A DNA stretch of 64,000 bases, taken from Candidatus Omnitrophota bacterium (GTDB lineage Bacteria; Omnitrophota; Gorgyraeia; Gygaellales; JAHJCI01). Of the stretch, positions 51,148-61,369 are shown one piece after another. The notes under the pieces are model-generated. The model ran no database searches. It was not told the origin of the DNA and saw nothing but the letters and a program-made list of their open reading frames with translations. The stretch spans positions 58-64,057 of the forward strand of contig JBDRMR010000001.1 in NCBI GenBank assembly GCA_043812035.1, in the 5' to 3' direction. Position 1 is the first letter of the stretch. Each line of letters opens with the position of its first letter. The translations under genes and the position numbers were made by a program.

Positions 51148-52734
51148 TCATAAGAGTTTAATCAGCTTCACCGCCAGGATATTCTCGATGTTCCTAATCT
51201 TGCCGAGTAGCTCTTGAGGAATATTGCTGTCGACGTTTAATACGCTTATCGCTTCTCCGCCGGGCTCTCTGCGCCCAAAGGTCATGCTGGCGATATTGAC
51301 GTTATGCTGACCTAAAAGAGTTCCGAGATTCCCGATAATTCCCGGCTTATCCCAATTCTTTATCACAATCATATACCCGCAGGGAGAAAGTTCGACATAG
51401 AAATCGTCGATCTTAACGATTCGCGGTTGCCTGTTGGGCGACAGGGTGGCCTGAATCTCCCTTGTCTCTTTATCGGTATCTATTCTAACGGAGATTAAAT
51501 TGACAAATTCCTCTTCCTGCGACAACTTTGTCTCTTTAACCTTAATCTTGCGCGCCTCCGCCAAAGACAGAGCGTTTACAAAATTAACCGAATCTTCCAA
51601 TATGGGCGCAAGGATTCCTTTGATTAAGGCCATGGTTATAGGAGCGACGTCGTGCTGGGTTATTCCGCCGCTGTAACGTATGGATACCGACCTCAGCCGT
51701 CCCTCGCAAAGCTGGCTGCTGAAATTTCCTAACGATTGGGCTAAGTTTATATAAGGAGCGAGAGTCTTGTAAACCTCGGGTTCAATGCTCGGGTAATTAA
51801 CCGCATTGCGTATGCCTCTGCCGAGCAGATAATCGCGCACGCACTCCGCAATTTCAACAGCCACATTCACCTGAGCTTCTTCCGTAGAAGCCCCCAGATG
51901 CGGAGATGCTATCACGTTTTCAAACCTAAGAATCTCGGAATCCGGGTTGGGAGGCTCATGCTCGAACACATCCAGGCAGGCGCCGGCAATCTTGCCCTGC
52001 TTTATTGCCCTTGCTAACGCTTCCTCGTCGATAATGCCGCCCCGGGAGCAATTTATAATCCTCGCTCCCTCTTTCATTAAAGCGAATTCCTTATCGGAAA
52101 ACATATGCTGGGTGTTTTCTACAAGCGGGGTATGGACGGTAATAAAATCTGAATTCTTTAACAACTCCTCCAGCTCAACCATCGCTACTCCTAAACCCTC
52201 CCCTATATCTTTAGAAAGGTAAGGGTCGAACGCAATAACCTTCATTCCGAAAGAAAGCGCCCGCTTAGCCACTTCCGTGCCGATCCTGCCCAAGCCGATA
52301 ATGCCTAATGTCTTTTTATAAAGTTCCACACCCATAAATTTAGAGCGCTTCCATTCTCCGGATTTGACTGAGTTGTTTGCCTGAGGGATATTCCGCGCCG
52401 CCGCAAGCAGCATACTCATTGTGTGCTCGCAAGTGGAAATTGTGTTTCCCGCCGGAGCGTTCATCACCACTATCCCTCTTTCGGTTGCGGCATTTAAATC
52501 CACGTTGTCCAGCCCGACTCCCGCACGGCCGATAACCCGCAGTTTTCTGGCGGACTTGATAATCTCTTGCGTCACTTTGGTTGCGCTCCTTACTATAAGA
52601 GCATCGCAAACTGCTACGGCCTCTCTTAATTCCTCCGGTCTCAATTCCGTCTTAACCTCGACGGTAAATTCTTTTATATCTCTTAAAATCTTTAACCCTT
52701 CTTCAGAGAGCTTATCGCTGACTAAAATCCTCAT
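51148..52734 (-). CDS. serA: D-3-phosphoglycerate dehydrogenase (type I, ASB+ACT)
   Basis: GRAGVGLDNVD, GLGRIG and PHLGAST.EAQ motifs; C-terminal ACT; start 52734 after AGGAGG. Confidence 0.96.
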   Translation of the reverse strand: MRILVSDKLSEEGLKILRDIKEFTVEVKTELRPEELREAVAVCDALIVRSATKVTQEIIKSARKLRVIGRAGVGLDNVDLNAATERGIVVMNAPAGNTISTCEHTMSMLLAAARNIPQANNSVKSGEWKRSKFMGVELYKKTLGIIGLGRIGTEVAKRALSFGMKVIAFDPYLSKDIGEGLGVAMVELEELLKNSDFITVHTPLVENTQHMFSDKEFALMKEGARIINCSRGGIIDEEALARAIKQGKIAGACLDVFEHEPPNPDSEILRFENVIASPHLGASTEEAQVNVAVEIAECVRDYLLGRGIRNAVNYPSIEPEVYKTLAPYINLAQSLGNFSSQLCEGRLRSVSIRYSGGITQHDVAPITMALIKGILAPILEDSVNFVNALSLAEARKIKVKETKLSQEEEFVNLISVRIDTDKETREIQATLSPNRQPRIVKIDDFYVELSPCGYMIVIKNWDKPGIIGNLGTLLGQHNVNIASMTFGRREPGGEAISVLNVDSNIPQELLGKIRNIENILAVKLIKLL

Positions 52735-52751
52735 GGACCATCGTCCTCCTG

Positions 52752-54125
52752 TCATTTCTTTTTGCTGTATATCTCGTATGTCTCGCCTGTGACTAAACCC
52801 TGTTCGTATATTTTATCTATGGAACTTTGCATTAAATGCATTGCGGACTGAGCGCCTGACTGAATTATCGAATTCAATTGAATAAAATTTCTATCGTGGA
52901 TTGTTCTTTTTACCGCATAGTTGGCTATGCAAACTTCCGTAGCCAGAACGCGCTCAAGGCCGTTTTTATGAGGCAATAAAGCCTGGATAATTATCGCTCT
53001 TAAGCAATGGGATAGCCTGCTGGAAATAAAAGTCTGTTGCTCTAAAGGGAAAAGGCTTATAATCCGGTCCAGGACCTGCAGGGTATCGGCGGCGTGGATT
53101 GAAGTTATAACCATATGACCCGTCTCTGCGGCATTAAGAGCCGTCTCTATAGTATCGGCGTCTACCACTTCGCCTACCACAATTACATCGGGGTCCTGCC
53201 TCAAGCTGGCCGTTAATCCGGAGGCAAAGGAAGGAACATCCACGCCCACTTCTCTTTGCTTGACTATTCCCTTTACATTCTTATGCATGTATTCTATCGG
53301 TTTCTCCAGCGAAAGTATTACCCCTCCTTTTGTGCGGTTGATTATGTCTATCATCGACGCTATGGTTGTGGTCTTGCCTGACCCGGTGGTGCCGGCGATA
53401 ATTATTATTCCGTCTGTTAACTTGCATAACTCTTCAATAATGGGAGGTAACCCTAAATCTTCCCTGGTCTTTATCTGAGAAGGGATAATTCTGAAAACGA
53501 CCTCTACGTTGCCGCGCTGTTGATAAACGCTTACTCTGAATCTTAAATCCGTCCCGAGGGAGTAGACAAAATCCAGGTCTTTGGCATCTTCGAACTTTTG
53601 CCTTTGCGGCTCCGAAAGTATGCTGTAAACCATCTGCTCGACTTCGCCCGCTGAAAGCGGCTGCGCTTCTGACTCCAAAGGCCTGATCCTTCCGTATATT
53701 CTCACCATAGGAGGAGAGCCGCTGGTAAGATGCATATCGGATGCCTTGCTCTCCGCCGACCTCCTTAGCAACTTTAAAATATCCATGCGGTCGATTCGCT
53801 GCCTGATTTCTTCTTCTATATCCGCGGGTATCTGCACAAACACCGCGCCGATGTTGAAGTTATGCGAGACAAGCAATCTCTCGACTCTTACGACCTCAGC
53901 CTTTGCTTCTATTAATCTCGGCGGCGAGCCCGGCAAACGAAGATTAAATTTAATCTTCGTGCCTATCGGTATCTCTTTCACGTTTTCAAAGAGCAAGCCT
54001 TTGGCGCTGATATTTTTAGTTATTGCGCTGCGCCTGGACTCGGGGACTCCTTTTGAATCCAATATCTCGTAAGTAAACTTAATCCTTGCGGGAATCCGGA
54101 CTGCCTGCCTGCGCTCTACCGTCAT
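52752..54125 (-). CDS. PilZ-domain fused PilT/PilU-family ATPase
   Basis: N-terminal ERRQAVR and NISAKG (PilZ); ASDMHL, GTTGSGKTT, LRQDPDVI and TGH..H (PilT/PilU). Confidence 0.88.
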   Translation of the reverse strand: MTVERRQAVRIPARIKFTYEILDSKGVPESRRSAITKNISAKGLLFENVKEIPIGTKIKFNLRLPGSPPRLIEAKAEVVRVERLLVSHNFNIGAVFVQIPADIEEEIRQRIDRMDILKLLRRSAESKASDMHLTSGSPPMVRIYGRIRPLESEAQPLSAGEVEQMVYSILSEPQRQKFEDAKDLDFVYSLGTDLRFRVSVYQQRGNVEVVFRIIPSQIKTREDLGLPPIIEELCKLTDGIIIIAGTTGSGKTTTIASMIDIINRTKGGVILSLEKPIEYMHKNVKGIVKQREVGVDVPSFASGLTASLRQDPDVIVVGEVVDADTIETALNAAETGHMVITSIHAADTLQVLDRIISLFPLEQQTFISSRLSHCLRAIIIQALLPHKNGLERVLATEVCIANYAVKRTIHDRNFIQLNSIIQSGAQSAMHLMQSSIDKIYEQGLVTGETYEIYSKKK

Positions 54126-54151
54126 ATCTTTCTCCTGTTTGTTCTTGCTTA

Positions 54152-55288
54152 CTATTTCAAAAATGTCTCCTGGGCTGCCTTAACGCCCGCCCCCAGCTGA
54201 AACTTGTAACCCATTTGAAATAGAACCTTTTCTAAACAAGAGATTGCCAGTATAATGTCGAATTCTTCGATGTAGCCCATGTGGGCGATGCGGATAATCT
54301 TTCCCTTTAATTCCCCCTGTCCTCCGGCAATGGTAATCCCGTATTTGTCGCGCATGGTTTTCACCAGCTTGCCGCCGTCGATGCCGGAAGGGACGCGGAT
54401 TGCCGTAACCACGTCGGAGGCGGCATCCGGAGCGAGCAATTCCAGGCCCAGCCCCTTGGCTGCCTGCCGCGCAGCCTCGGCCATGTGCTTATGGCGCAGA
54501 AAAGTATTCTCCAGCCCTTCTTCTCTCAACATCTTCAGAGATTCGTTTAAAGCGACAATCAAAGAGATAGCCGGAGTAAAAGGCGTATCCGTTTTATCCA
54601 GAGATTTCTTGGCCGACCTTAAATCAAAATAATATCGGGGCGATTTTGACTGCCCGATTAAATTCCAGGCCTTGGAGCTTACGGAAATAAATCCCAGTCC
54701 GGGGGGGAGCATCAATCCTTTCTGAGAACCGGAAACTACCGCATCGCAGAACCAGGCATCGGACGACAAAGGCACTGCGCCTAAACTGCTAATCGCGTCG
54801 ACCACAAGCACAGCCCCGGTATCTTTTATTATTTTTCCGATTGCCTGTATGTCATTGATTACCCCGGTCGAGGTTTCGCAGTGGGTCGCGAGTACCGCCT
54901 TTACCTTAGGATTTGACTTTAACCTCTTTTCTATTTCTCCGGGCTCAACGGCCTTGCCCCACTCTACTTCGATAACCTCGCAATTAACCCCGTAAGCGCG
55001 GCAAATCTCCGTCCAGCGCTGGCCGAATTTTCCGCCTTCAACCGTTACTGCGGTATCTTGAGGAGAAAGTAAATTTGCCACAGCCGCCTCCATAACTCCC
55101 GTTCCCGAGGAAGCAAAAATAAATACGTCGTTTTCCGTCTGAAATACATATTTAAGGCCTTCTTGGGCCTGTTTCAAAATCTCCTGAAACTGAGGAGTGC
55201 GGTGATGGATTATCGGCCGGCTCAGCGCCTCGGTTATCCGGGGAGGCAAGGGAGTCGGTCCCGGGGTTAATAAGTAAGTTTTCCTCAT
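54152..55288 (-). CDS. class V PLP aminotransferase (serine-glyoxylate/phosphoserine type, SerA partner)
   Basis: LLTPGPT, HHR, SSGTG.ME, HCETSTG, DAISSLG and SGSQKGL motifs. Confidence 0.88.
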   Translation of the reverse strand: MRKTYLLTPGPTPLPPRITEALSRPIIHHRTPQFQEILKQAQEGLKYVFQTENDVFIFASSGTGVMEAAVANLLSPQDTAVTVEGGKFGQRWTEICRAYGVNCEVIEVEWGKAVEPGEIEKRLKSNPKVKAVLATHCETSTGVINDIQAIGKIIKDTGAVLVVDAISSLGAVPLSSDAWFCDAVVSGSQKGLMLPPGLGFISVSSKAWNLIGQSKSPRYYFDLRSAKKSLDKTDTPFTPAISLIVALNESLKMLREEGLENTFLRHKHMAEAARQAAKGLGLELLAPDAASDVVTAIRVPSGIDGGKLVKTMRDKYGITIAGGQGELKGKIIRIAHMGYIEEFDIILAISCLEKVLFQMGYKFQLGAGVKAAQETFLK

Positions 55289-55303
55289 AAAATCCTCCTA
55301 AAA

Positions 55304-55903
55304 TTATTTCTTCTTCGCAACAATCACTTCGTCAACCAGTTTGTATTCTTTTGCTTCTTGGGCCGACATAAAGAAATCCCGGTCAGAGTCCTTCTGAATC
55401 TTTTCCAGCAATTGGCCCGTATGAAAGGAAAAAATTTCGTTTATCTGGTCCCGCAGTTTTAGGATCTCTTTAGCGTGCCGGGAGATATCCTCGGCTGCCC
55501 CCTGAATTCCTCCCCAGGGCTGGTGAATCATAATCCTCGAGTTCGGTAACGAAAAGCGCTTGCCCTTTGTGCCGGCGCACAAAAGAAGCGCGCCCATACT
55601 TGCGGCTTGGCCCACGCAATAGGTAGCTACATCGGGCTTAACGAACTGTATGGTGTCGTATATCGCCAGGCCTGCGGTAACCGAACCGCCGGGGCAGTTA
55701 ATATAAACATTTATTTCTTTATTCATATCCTCCATCTGCAGGAAAAGCATCTGGGCGATGACAACGTTGGCCACGTTATCGTCGATTGGCGTGCCGATAA
55801 AGACAATGCGGTCTTTCAAAAGCCGGGAATAAATATCATACGCGCGTTCGTAACCCCGATGGGTCTGTTCAACAACCATCGGAACTAAAGTTTGGTTTTT
55901 CAT
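55304..55903 (-). CDS. clpP: ATP-dependent Clp protease proteolytic subunit
   Basis: [24 protein letters not shown] and DRDFFMSA motifs. Confidence 0.98.
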   Translation of the reverse strand: MKNQTLVPMVVEQTHRGYERAYDIYSRLLKDRIVFIGTPIDDNVANVVIAQMLFLQMEDMNKEINVYINCPGGSVTAGLAIYDTIQFVKPDVATYCVGQAASMGALLLCAGTKGKRFSLPNSRIMIHQPWGGIQGAAEDISRHAKEILKLRDQINEIFSFHTGQLLEKIQKDSDRDFFMSAQEAKEYKLVDEVIVAKKK

Positions 55904-56781
55904 TTGTGTTTACCTCCCTTCCAATCTGCTTGCCTTAATAGAAACTCAATCGCCCTTTGCGTCATCTTATCGTCGCGGGAAATATTTTCCCGGCGGGCCA
56001 CCTCCTCCAAGACCAGATAGATGTGCACCTGTTTTTCCGCCTCAGGTTTTAAGTTTTCCTTCAAAGCCTGCCTTTGTTTTTCAATCTCCTGCTTGCTCAT
56101 CCCGCGCAAGGCTAAATCCACCTCTGCCTGCCTCTGGAGTCTGTCCAACTGCTGAGTAACTAGACTTTCCGGAATCTGAAAATTAACCTGTTTAAGTAAG
56201 TGCTCAATGACGCTGTTCTCCAGGTTTATTTGCTGAGCTCTTGATTTCTCCAAATAAATCTGCATCTTAAGAATTTTCTTCAACGCTTCAAAATCCGGAT
56301 ACCCTAAGCTGTGCGCCAAATCCTCTTCCGGCATCTGATTATAGTTCTGCTTGAACTTATCCAGGGCTTTGTTTATCTCTTCTTCGCTTACTTCAATCGG
56401 TTTGTATTCCAGCTTCAGCCCTTTATAATCCCTGACCTCTATTTTGGGCTTTATCTCCAGGCTCGCCTTGAAACTTAAATTATCCTTACCTAAATTAACA
56501 TCCGAAATTTCCGGCAAACTGACAGGCTCAAGCTGCGTTTCCCCCAGAGCCTGATTGTATACCTCCGGAAGCAGCTCCTTTAGCGCCTCTTGATGGGCGA
56601 CGGCAGAATAATGTTTTTCCAAAATGTCGCGGGGCACGTTACCCTGACGGAAACCCGGAACCTTTGCCTCTTTATTTAACCTTTTGTAAACTTCGTCGAA
56701 TTTTTTCTTTATGGTGTCTCCCTCTACCTCGACGGTCAATTCACGCCTGTGCTGTCCTGTCTTTTTAACTTGTGTTTTCAT
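55900..56781 (-). CDS. tig: trigger factor lacking the FKBP PPIase domain
   Basis: [10 protein letters not shown] ribosome-binding signature; 293 aa; upstream of clpP. Confidence 0.9.
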   Translation of the reverse strand: MKTQVKKTGQHRRELTVEVEGDTIKKKFDEVYKRLNKEAKVPGFRQGNVPRDILEKHYSAVAHQEALKELLPEVYNQALGETQLEPVSLPEISDVNLGKDNLSFKASLEIKPKIEVRDYKGLKLEYKPIEVSEEEINKALDKFKQNYNQMPEEDLAHSLGYPDFEALKKILKMQIYLEKSRAQQINLENSVIEHLLKQVNFQIPESLVTQQLDRLQRQAEVDLALRGMSKQEIEKQRQALKENLKPEAEKQVHIYLVLEEVARRENISRDDKMTQRAIEFLLRQADWKGGKHK

Positions 56782-56805
56782 CCGTTCCTCGCTCTACTTT
56801 ATTGA

Positions 56806-57528
56806 TCACATCCTGAATTTCTCTCCAAGGTAAATATCTCTGGCCTTTGGGTCATTTATTAAATCCTGGGCGCTTCCCGAAATGAGAATTTTTCCCTCCG
56901 CGATTAAATATGCCCTCTCAGTAATCGAAAGGGTCTCTCTCACATTGTGGTCGGTAAGCAAAATCCCCAAGCCTTTATTCTTCAGGTCCCGGATAATCTC
57001 CTGAACCTCGCTAACCACTATAGGATCTATGCCGGAAAACGGCTCATCGAGCAGGATAAAAGAGGGATTGCATACCAGCGCACGAGTAATCTCCAGCCGC
57101 CTTCTCTCCCCGCCGGACAGCGTGTAAGACTTATTCTTTGCCAAATGGGCTATGTTCAACTCCTCAAGCAACTTAATCAGCCGCCTCTTCCTCTCCCGGC
57201 GGCTCAAAGGCAATGTTTCCAGTATAGCCATTATGTTCTGGGCAACGGTAAGCTTTCTGAAAACAGAGGGCTCCTGAGCAAGATAGGCGATGCCGAAGTG
57301 AGAGCGCCTGTGAATTGGAAACCGGGTAATATCTTCGTTATCAAAAATAATCTGGCCTTGATTAGGGTGGATAATCCCCACAATCATATAAAAAGTGGTG
57401 GTCTTGCCTGCGCCGTTAGGGCCGAGGAGCCCGACAATCTCGCCTCTTTTGACTAAAAGATTTATCCCTTTAACGACCTGCCGCCCGTCGTAAGATTTAA
57501 ACAAATTCCTAGTTTCCAACAGATGCAT
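56806..57528 (-). CDS. lptB: LPS export ABC transporter ATPase
   Basis: GPNGAGKTT, YLAQEPSVF, LSGGERRR, LDEPF and TDHNVRE motifs. Confidence 0.96.
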   Translation of the reverse strand: MHLLETRNLFKSYDGRQVVKGINLLVKRGEIVGLLGPNGAGKTTTFYMIVGIIHPNQGQIIFDNEDITRFPIHRRSHFGIAYLAQEPSVFRKLTVAQNIMAILETLPLSRRERKRRLIKLLEELNIAHLAKNKSYTLSGGERRRLEITRALVCNPSFILLDEPFSGIDPIVVSEVQEIIRDLKNKGLGILLTDHNVRETLSITERAYLIAEGKILISGSAQDLINDPKARDIYLGEKFRM

Positions 57529-58357
57529 CTTTTTCCTCCGTGGAATAAATTATCAGCTTCGGCCTGCCGGTTAAAGTTATGGTTTTGTTATCTACGCTGT
57601 ACGTAGCCTCGTCTGCAAAACTGATATTCTCCCCCCTCACAATCTTAACATTGTCTCTGGCAACGATCTTTCTTATTCTGCCGGAGGGAGAATCTCCTAA
57701 ATTGGCCGAAGATTCGGCCTCAAAATACACGTCCATTAAATCAGCGTACATCTGAGATTCGCCGTCGTCAACAAAAACATCTTTTTTAAATACGGCGACA
57801 TTATCGGCGTAGTTTATACTAAGAGGTCCGCTGCAGGTAATGACAATCTTCTTCTTTTGGTTATCGATTTCGACCTTGACGTCTCTTTTTAAATCGACAG
57901 TCCTCAGATCCACGTCTCCCCTTATGCCTACGCCGGTAGTGACTATATTATCCTTCTTGATATCCACCGGCGCATCTGTGGTGACCAAAGAGGTCTCTTT
58001 ATCCCAATTCAGGTAATCCGTGGTTAATACGGCTCCCGACTCGGTGGTAATAACCACGTTCTTTTCTAAACGGACCGAGTTGCGGGTTCTGTCAAAATCT
58101 CCTTTCTCGGCGGTCACAACGATTTCCTCCTGCCCGTAGATTTTCCCCTCTACGTCATTTAGCTTTATCTGGTCCGAAAAAATATCCGCCGATTTACTGA
58201 AAATCTCCCAAGTCCTCTGGCCTTTATCCGAAAATCCGGACAAATGAAATTCGTTAATCGTCTGCTCTAGCTCTGTGGATATCGCTTCGGATAGATTCCC
58301 GGACAGAAAGCTCAACAAAAAAATCAGGATTGATAAAAGTCGACTATGCCCTGCCAT
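57509..58357 (-). CDS. LptC-LptA/OstA-like fused beta-jellyroll protein
   Basis: TM anchor; LptC-like LTTDYLNWD..LVTTDAPV; LptA-like C-half ending ITLTGRPK; lies between kdsC and lptB. Confidence 0.75.
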   Translation of the reverse strand: MAGHSRLLSILIFLLSFLSGNLSEAISTELEQTINEFHLSGFSDKGQRTWEIFSKSADIFSDQIKLNDVEGKIYGQEEIVVTAEKGDFDRTRNSVRLEKNVVITTESGAVLTTDYLNWDKETSLVTTDAPVDIKKDNIVTTGVGIRGDVDLRTVDLKRDVKVEIDNQKKKIVITCSGPLSINYADNVAVFKKDVFVDDGESQMYADLMDVYFEAESSANLGDSPSGRIRKIVARDNVKIVRGENISFADEATYSVDNKTITLTGRPKLIIYSTEEKDASVGN

Positions 58358-58854
58358 TTGCCTTGGGATTTCAGGATTAATTCGGAAACTTCTCTAACCG
58401 CGCCTCTGCCGCCTTCTCTGTGAGTGATATAATGAGCGGCATTTTTTATTTCCGGTGCGGCGTTGAATACTGCGACCGCAAAACCCACTTTATTCATCAA
58501 GCACAAATCCACTAAATCGTCTCCGACAAAGCAGACTTCTTCGGAACTCACCCTGTATTTTTTTAATATCCTCTCGAATACAGAGCTCTTCGGAGAAATG
58601 TCCGCAAATATCTGGGCAACTTGCATGTCGCGGGCGCGGGGTTTTATGGTACGCGAGCTCTTTGCCGTTATCAAGACGGTAGGTATCTCCGCTTTTTTAA
58701 GCATATAAACTCCTAAGCCGTCATGCACATCAAAGAACTTGGAGTCGTATCCTTTGGAATCGTAGATTATGCGCCCGTCGGTTAAAACACCGTCCACGTC
58801 CAACAGCAATAATTTTATCTTCTTAGCTCTGTTTAATAAAGACTCTTCTATCAT
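58324..58854 (-). CDS. kdsC: KDO 8-phosphate phosphatase
   Basis: LDVDGVLTDG, FVGDD..D and GGRGAVRE motifs. Confidence 0.95.
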   Translation of the reverse strand: MIEESLLNRAKKIKLLLLDVDGVLTDGRIIYDSKGYDSKFFDVHDGLGVYMLKKAEIPTVLITAKSSRTIKPRARDMQVAQIFADISPKSSVFERILKKYRVSSEEVCFVGDDLVDLCLMNKVGFAVAVFNAAPEIKNAAHYITHREGGRGAVREVSELILKSQGKWQGIVDFYQS

Positions 58855-58858
58855 CTGT

Positions 58859-59821
58859 CTATACTAATCCTGCCTCTAACAAATCCTGCACGTCAAGGAG
58901 CCCGACTACCCTGCCGTGCTTGTCTACAACGGGCACTTCGTCGATCTTCTTTTCCTCTAATATGCGCATCGCCTCGGCGGCAAGGCGGTCTTTGCTAACG
59001 GCAGCGGGATTCCTGGTCATAACGGCTGCTATCTTACGCCTGGGTAAATCCCGGTCAATCTCTATATGCCTGCGCAAATCACCGTCGGTAAATATCCCCC
59101 TCAGCCTCCCTCTTTTATCTATAATCGTTGCGCTTCCGGCACGCGCCTGGGTTATCTTCAGGAGCACGGAGGAAACGGTCTCCTCCTCATAAACTAAGGG
59201 ATTGGCTTTGCCGGTGCGCATAATATCTTCGACCTTAAGCAGCAGCCGCCTGCCCAAAGCTCCGCCCGGATGGAAAAGCGCAAAATCTTTCTCTTTAAAA
59301 CCCTTCATCTCCAGAAGGCAAACGGAGAGTGCGTCGCACATTGCCAGCATCGCTGTCGTAGAAGCGGTAGGAGCTAAACCTAGAGGGCAAGCTTCTTTTT
59401 TAACCGAGACATCCAAAGTAATGTCGCTGAACCGGGCTAAGGAAGACTTGATGTTTCCGGTTAAGGCGACAATCTTGCTTCCGATTTTCTTCAAGATAGG
59501 CAGGAGTTTCTTAATCTCTTCCGTTTCTCCGCTGTTAGAAAGTATGACTACCACATCATCGGCGGTTACCCGGCCCAAATCGCCGTGAATCGCGTCGGCC
59601 GAATGAAGAAAAAGGCTGGGCGTGCCGGTTGAAGAGAGGGTCGCGGAAAACTTCTGGGCGATAATTCCTGCCTTGCCCATGCCGCTCACTACTACCCTGC
59701 CTTTTGCTAAACGAATCATATCAACGGCTGCCTTAAACCTCTTGTCAATCTTTACCTTCAAGTCCCTGATTGCCCTGGCTTCGATGTCCAATACCTCTCT
59801 TGCCCTTTTTATAGGATTCAC
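58859..59821 (-). CDS. kdsD: arabinose-5-phosphate isomerase (SIS + CBS)
   Basis: GMGK, HGDLG, EACPLGLAPTAST and FHPGG.LG motifs; CBS pair. Confidence 0.95.
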   Translation of the reverse strand: MNPIKRAREVLDIEARAIRDLKVKIDKRFKAAVDMIRLAKGRVVVSGMGKAGIIAQKFSATLSSTGTPSLFLHSADAIHGDLGRVTADDVVVILSNSGETEEIKKLLPILKKIGSKIVALTGNIKSSLARFSDITLDVSVKKEACPLGLAPTASTTAMLAMCDALSVCLLEMKGFKEKDFALFHPGGALGRRLLLKVEDIMRTGKANPLVYEEETVSSVLLKITQARAGSATIIDKRGRLRGIFTDGDLRRHIEIDRDLPRRKIAAVMTRNPAAVSKDRLAAEAMRILEEKKIDEVPVVDKHGRVVGLLDVQDLLEAGLV

Positions 59822-60636
59822 CTCAGCGCTCCTTCTATCTTTTTCACCTGCTTAAGCAATTCTTCCAATTGTCTTAAATCAACCATGTTCGGCCCGTCGC
59901 AGAGTGCTTTATCGGGGCTAGAATGCGCCTCGATAAACAGCCCGTCGCTGCCAAAGGCAACTGCTGCACGGCAGAGCCCGGGCACGAAACGGCACTCGCC
60001 CCCCGAAGACTTGCCCAAACCCGCAGGCAGCTGCACGCTGTGGGTAGCATCGTAAATTACCGGATAGCCCAAATCGCGTATTATCGCTAAAGCACGGAAG
60101 TCAGAAACCAGATTATTATAGCCGAAACTCACTCCCCGCTCGGTAATTAAAATGCGCTTATTGCCTGCTGACTCCACTTTCCTAATCGCGGTTAAAATGT
60201 CCCAGGGAGCCAGGAATTGGCCTTTTTTAATGTTCACGACTTTGCCTGTTCTTGCTGCGGCAAGCAAAAGGTCGGTCTGGCGGCATAAAAAAGCGGGAAT
60301 CTGAATAACGTCTAGAACTTCTGCGGCCTCCCGGACTTCCTCTTTGCAATGCACGTCGGAAAGAACGGGTATCCTCAGCTCTTGCTTTATCCTTGCCAAA
60401 ATCTGGAGTCCCTTTTTCAGTCCCGGGCCGCGAAAAGAACCGATTGAGCTGCGATTCGCCTTATCGTAGCTCGACTTGAAGATAAACGGAATGTCCAATC
60501 TCCGGCAAATCCCTTTTATTCTTTTTGCCACCGAAAAGCAGAGCCGTTCGGATTCGATTACGCAAGGCCCGGCAATCAGAACCAGAGGACTGCCCCTGCC
60601 GATTCGAATGTTTCCTACTTTAACCTGACCGGCCAT
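59818..60636 (-). CDS. kdsA: KDO 8-phosphate synthase
   Basis: IAGPCVIE, KANRSS, QIPAFLCRQT and DATHSVQ motifs. Confidence 0.97.
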   Translation of the reverse strand: MAGQVKVGNIRIGRGSPLVLIAGPCVIESERLCFSVAKRIKGICRRLDIPFIFKSSYDKANRSSIGSFRGPGLKKGLQILARIKQELRIPVLSDVHCKEEVREAAEVLDVIQIPAFLCRQTDLLLAAARTGKVVNIKKGQFLAPWDILTAIRKVESAGNKRILITERGVSFGYNNLVSDFRALAIIRDLGYPVIYDATHSVQLPAGLGKSSGGECRFVPGLCRAAVAFGSDGLFIEAHSSPDKALCDGPNMVDLRQLEELLKQVKKIEGALR

Positions 60637-61369
60637 CTTCGTCTCTTTTTATAAGGGCCTTGATTTTCTCAAGGTCCTGCGGCGTGTCCACGCCGATGGT
60701 CTCAAACTTTGTTTCTATTACCTTTATGCGAAAACCTTCCTCCAGAACGCGCAGCTGCTCCAGCTTTTCTGCCTGCTCAAGCCGAGAGCTGGGAATGTTT
60801 TTATAGGTAAAAAGGAAGTCTTTAGTGTAAGCATAAAGGCCGATATGTTTATAGTAAACCGGTTTGATTTCGGCGTCCTTTGCCCGGTAAGGAATTTGCG
60901 CACGCGAAAAGTAGAGGACATGATTATTTTTATCTATAACTACCTTGACTACGTTTGGGTTATTAATTTCCTTGGCATCCTTTATCTGTTTCACCATAGT
61001 TGCCATATAAATAGCCTTGTCTCTCTGCAGCGCCTCCACGAGGCTGTCAATCATAAGGGGCTCAATAAGAGGTTCGTCTGCCTGGATATTGACTACCACC
61101 CGGACCTCTATAGGGCTTACCACTTCGGTAATCCTGTCGCTGCCGGAAAGATGGCCTTTTGCGGTCATTACGCAATTAGCGCCGAACTCACGAGCTGCGG
61201 AAAAAACCCGCTCGTCGTCGCAGGCAATAATAACATCGTCAAGAAGCAATGCCTTCTTTGCCCTCTCCCAGACATGCTGAATCATCGGCTTGCCGAAGAT
61301 ATCCGCTAAGACCTTGCCTTCAAAACGCGTTGAACTGTACCTGGCCGGTATTACTCCGATTGCATCCAT
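60620..61369 (-). CDS. kdsB: CMP-KDO synthetase
   Basis: IPARYSSTR..GK.L, NIQADEP, YFSR and EKLEQLR motifs. Confidence 0.96.
   Translation of the reverse strand: MDAIGVIPARYSSTRFEGKVLADIFGKPMIQHVWERAKKALLLDDVIIACDDERVFSAAREFGANCVMTAKGHLSGSDRITEVVSPIEVRVVVNIQADEPLIEPLMIDSLVEALQRDKAIYMATMVKQIKDAKEINNPNVVKVVIDKNNHVLYFSRAQIPYRAKDAEIKPVYYKHIGLYAYTKDFLFTYKNIPSSRLEQAEKLEQLRVLEEGFRIKVIETKFETIGVDTPQDLEKIKALIKRDEDGRSG

Noticed and set aside
52735-52755. MTGGRWS extension of SerA and a possible GGACGAT heptamer
   Set aside because: It is explained by the AGGAGG SD and spacer for ATG 52734, and there is only one unit.
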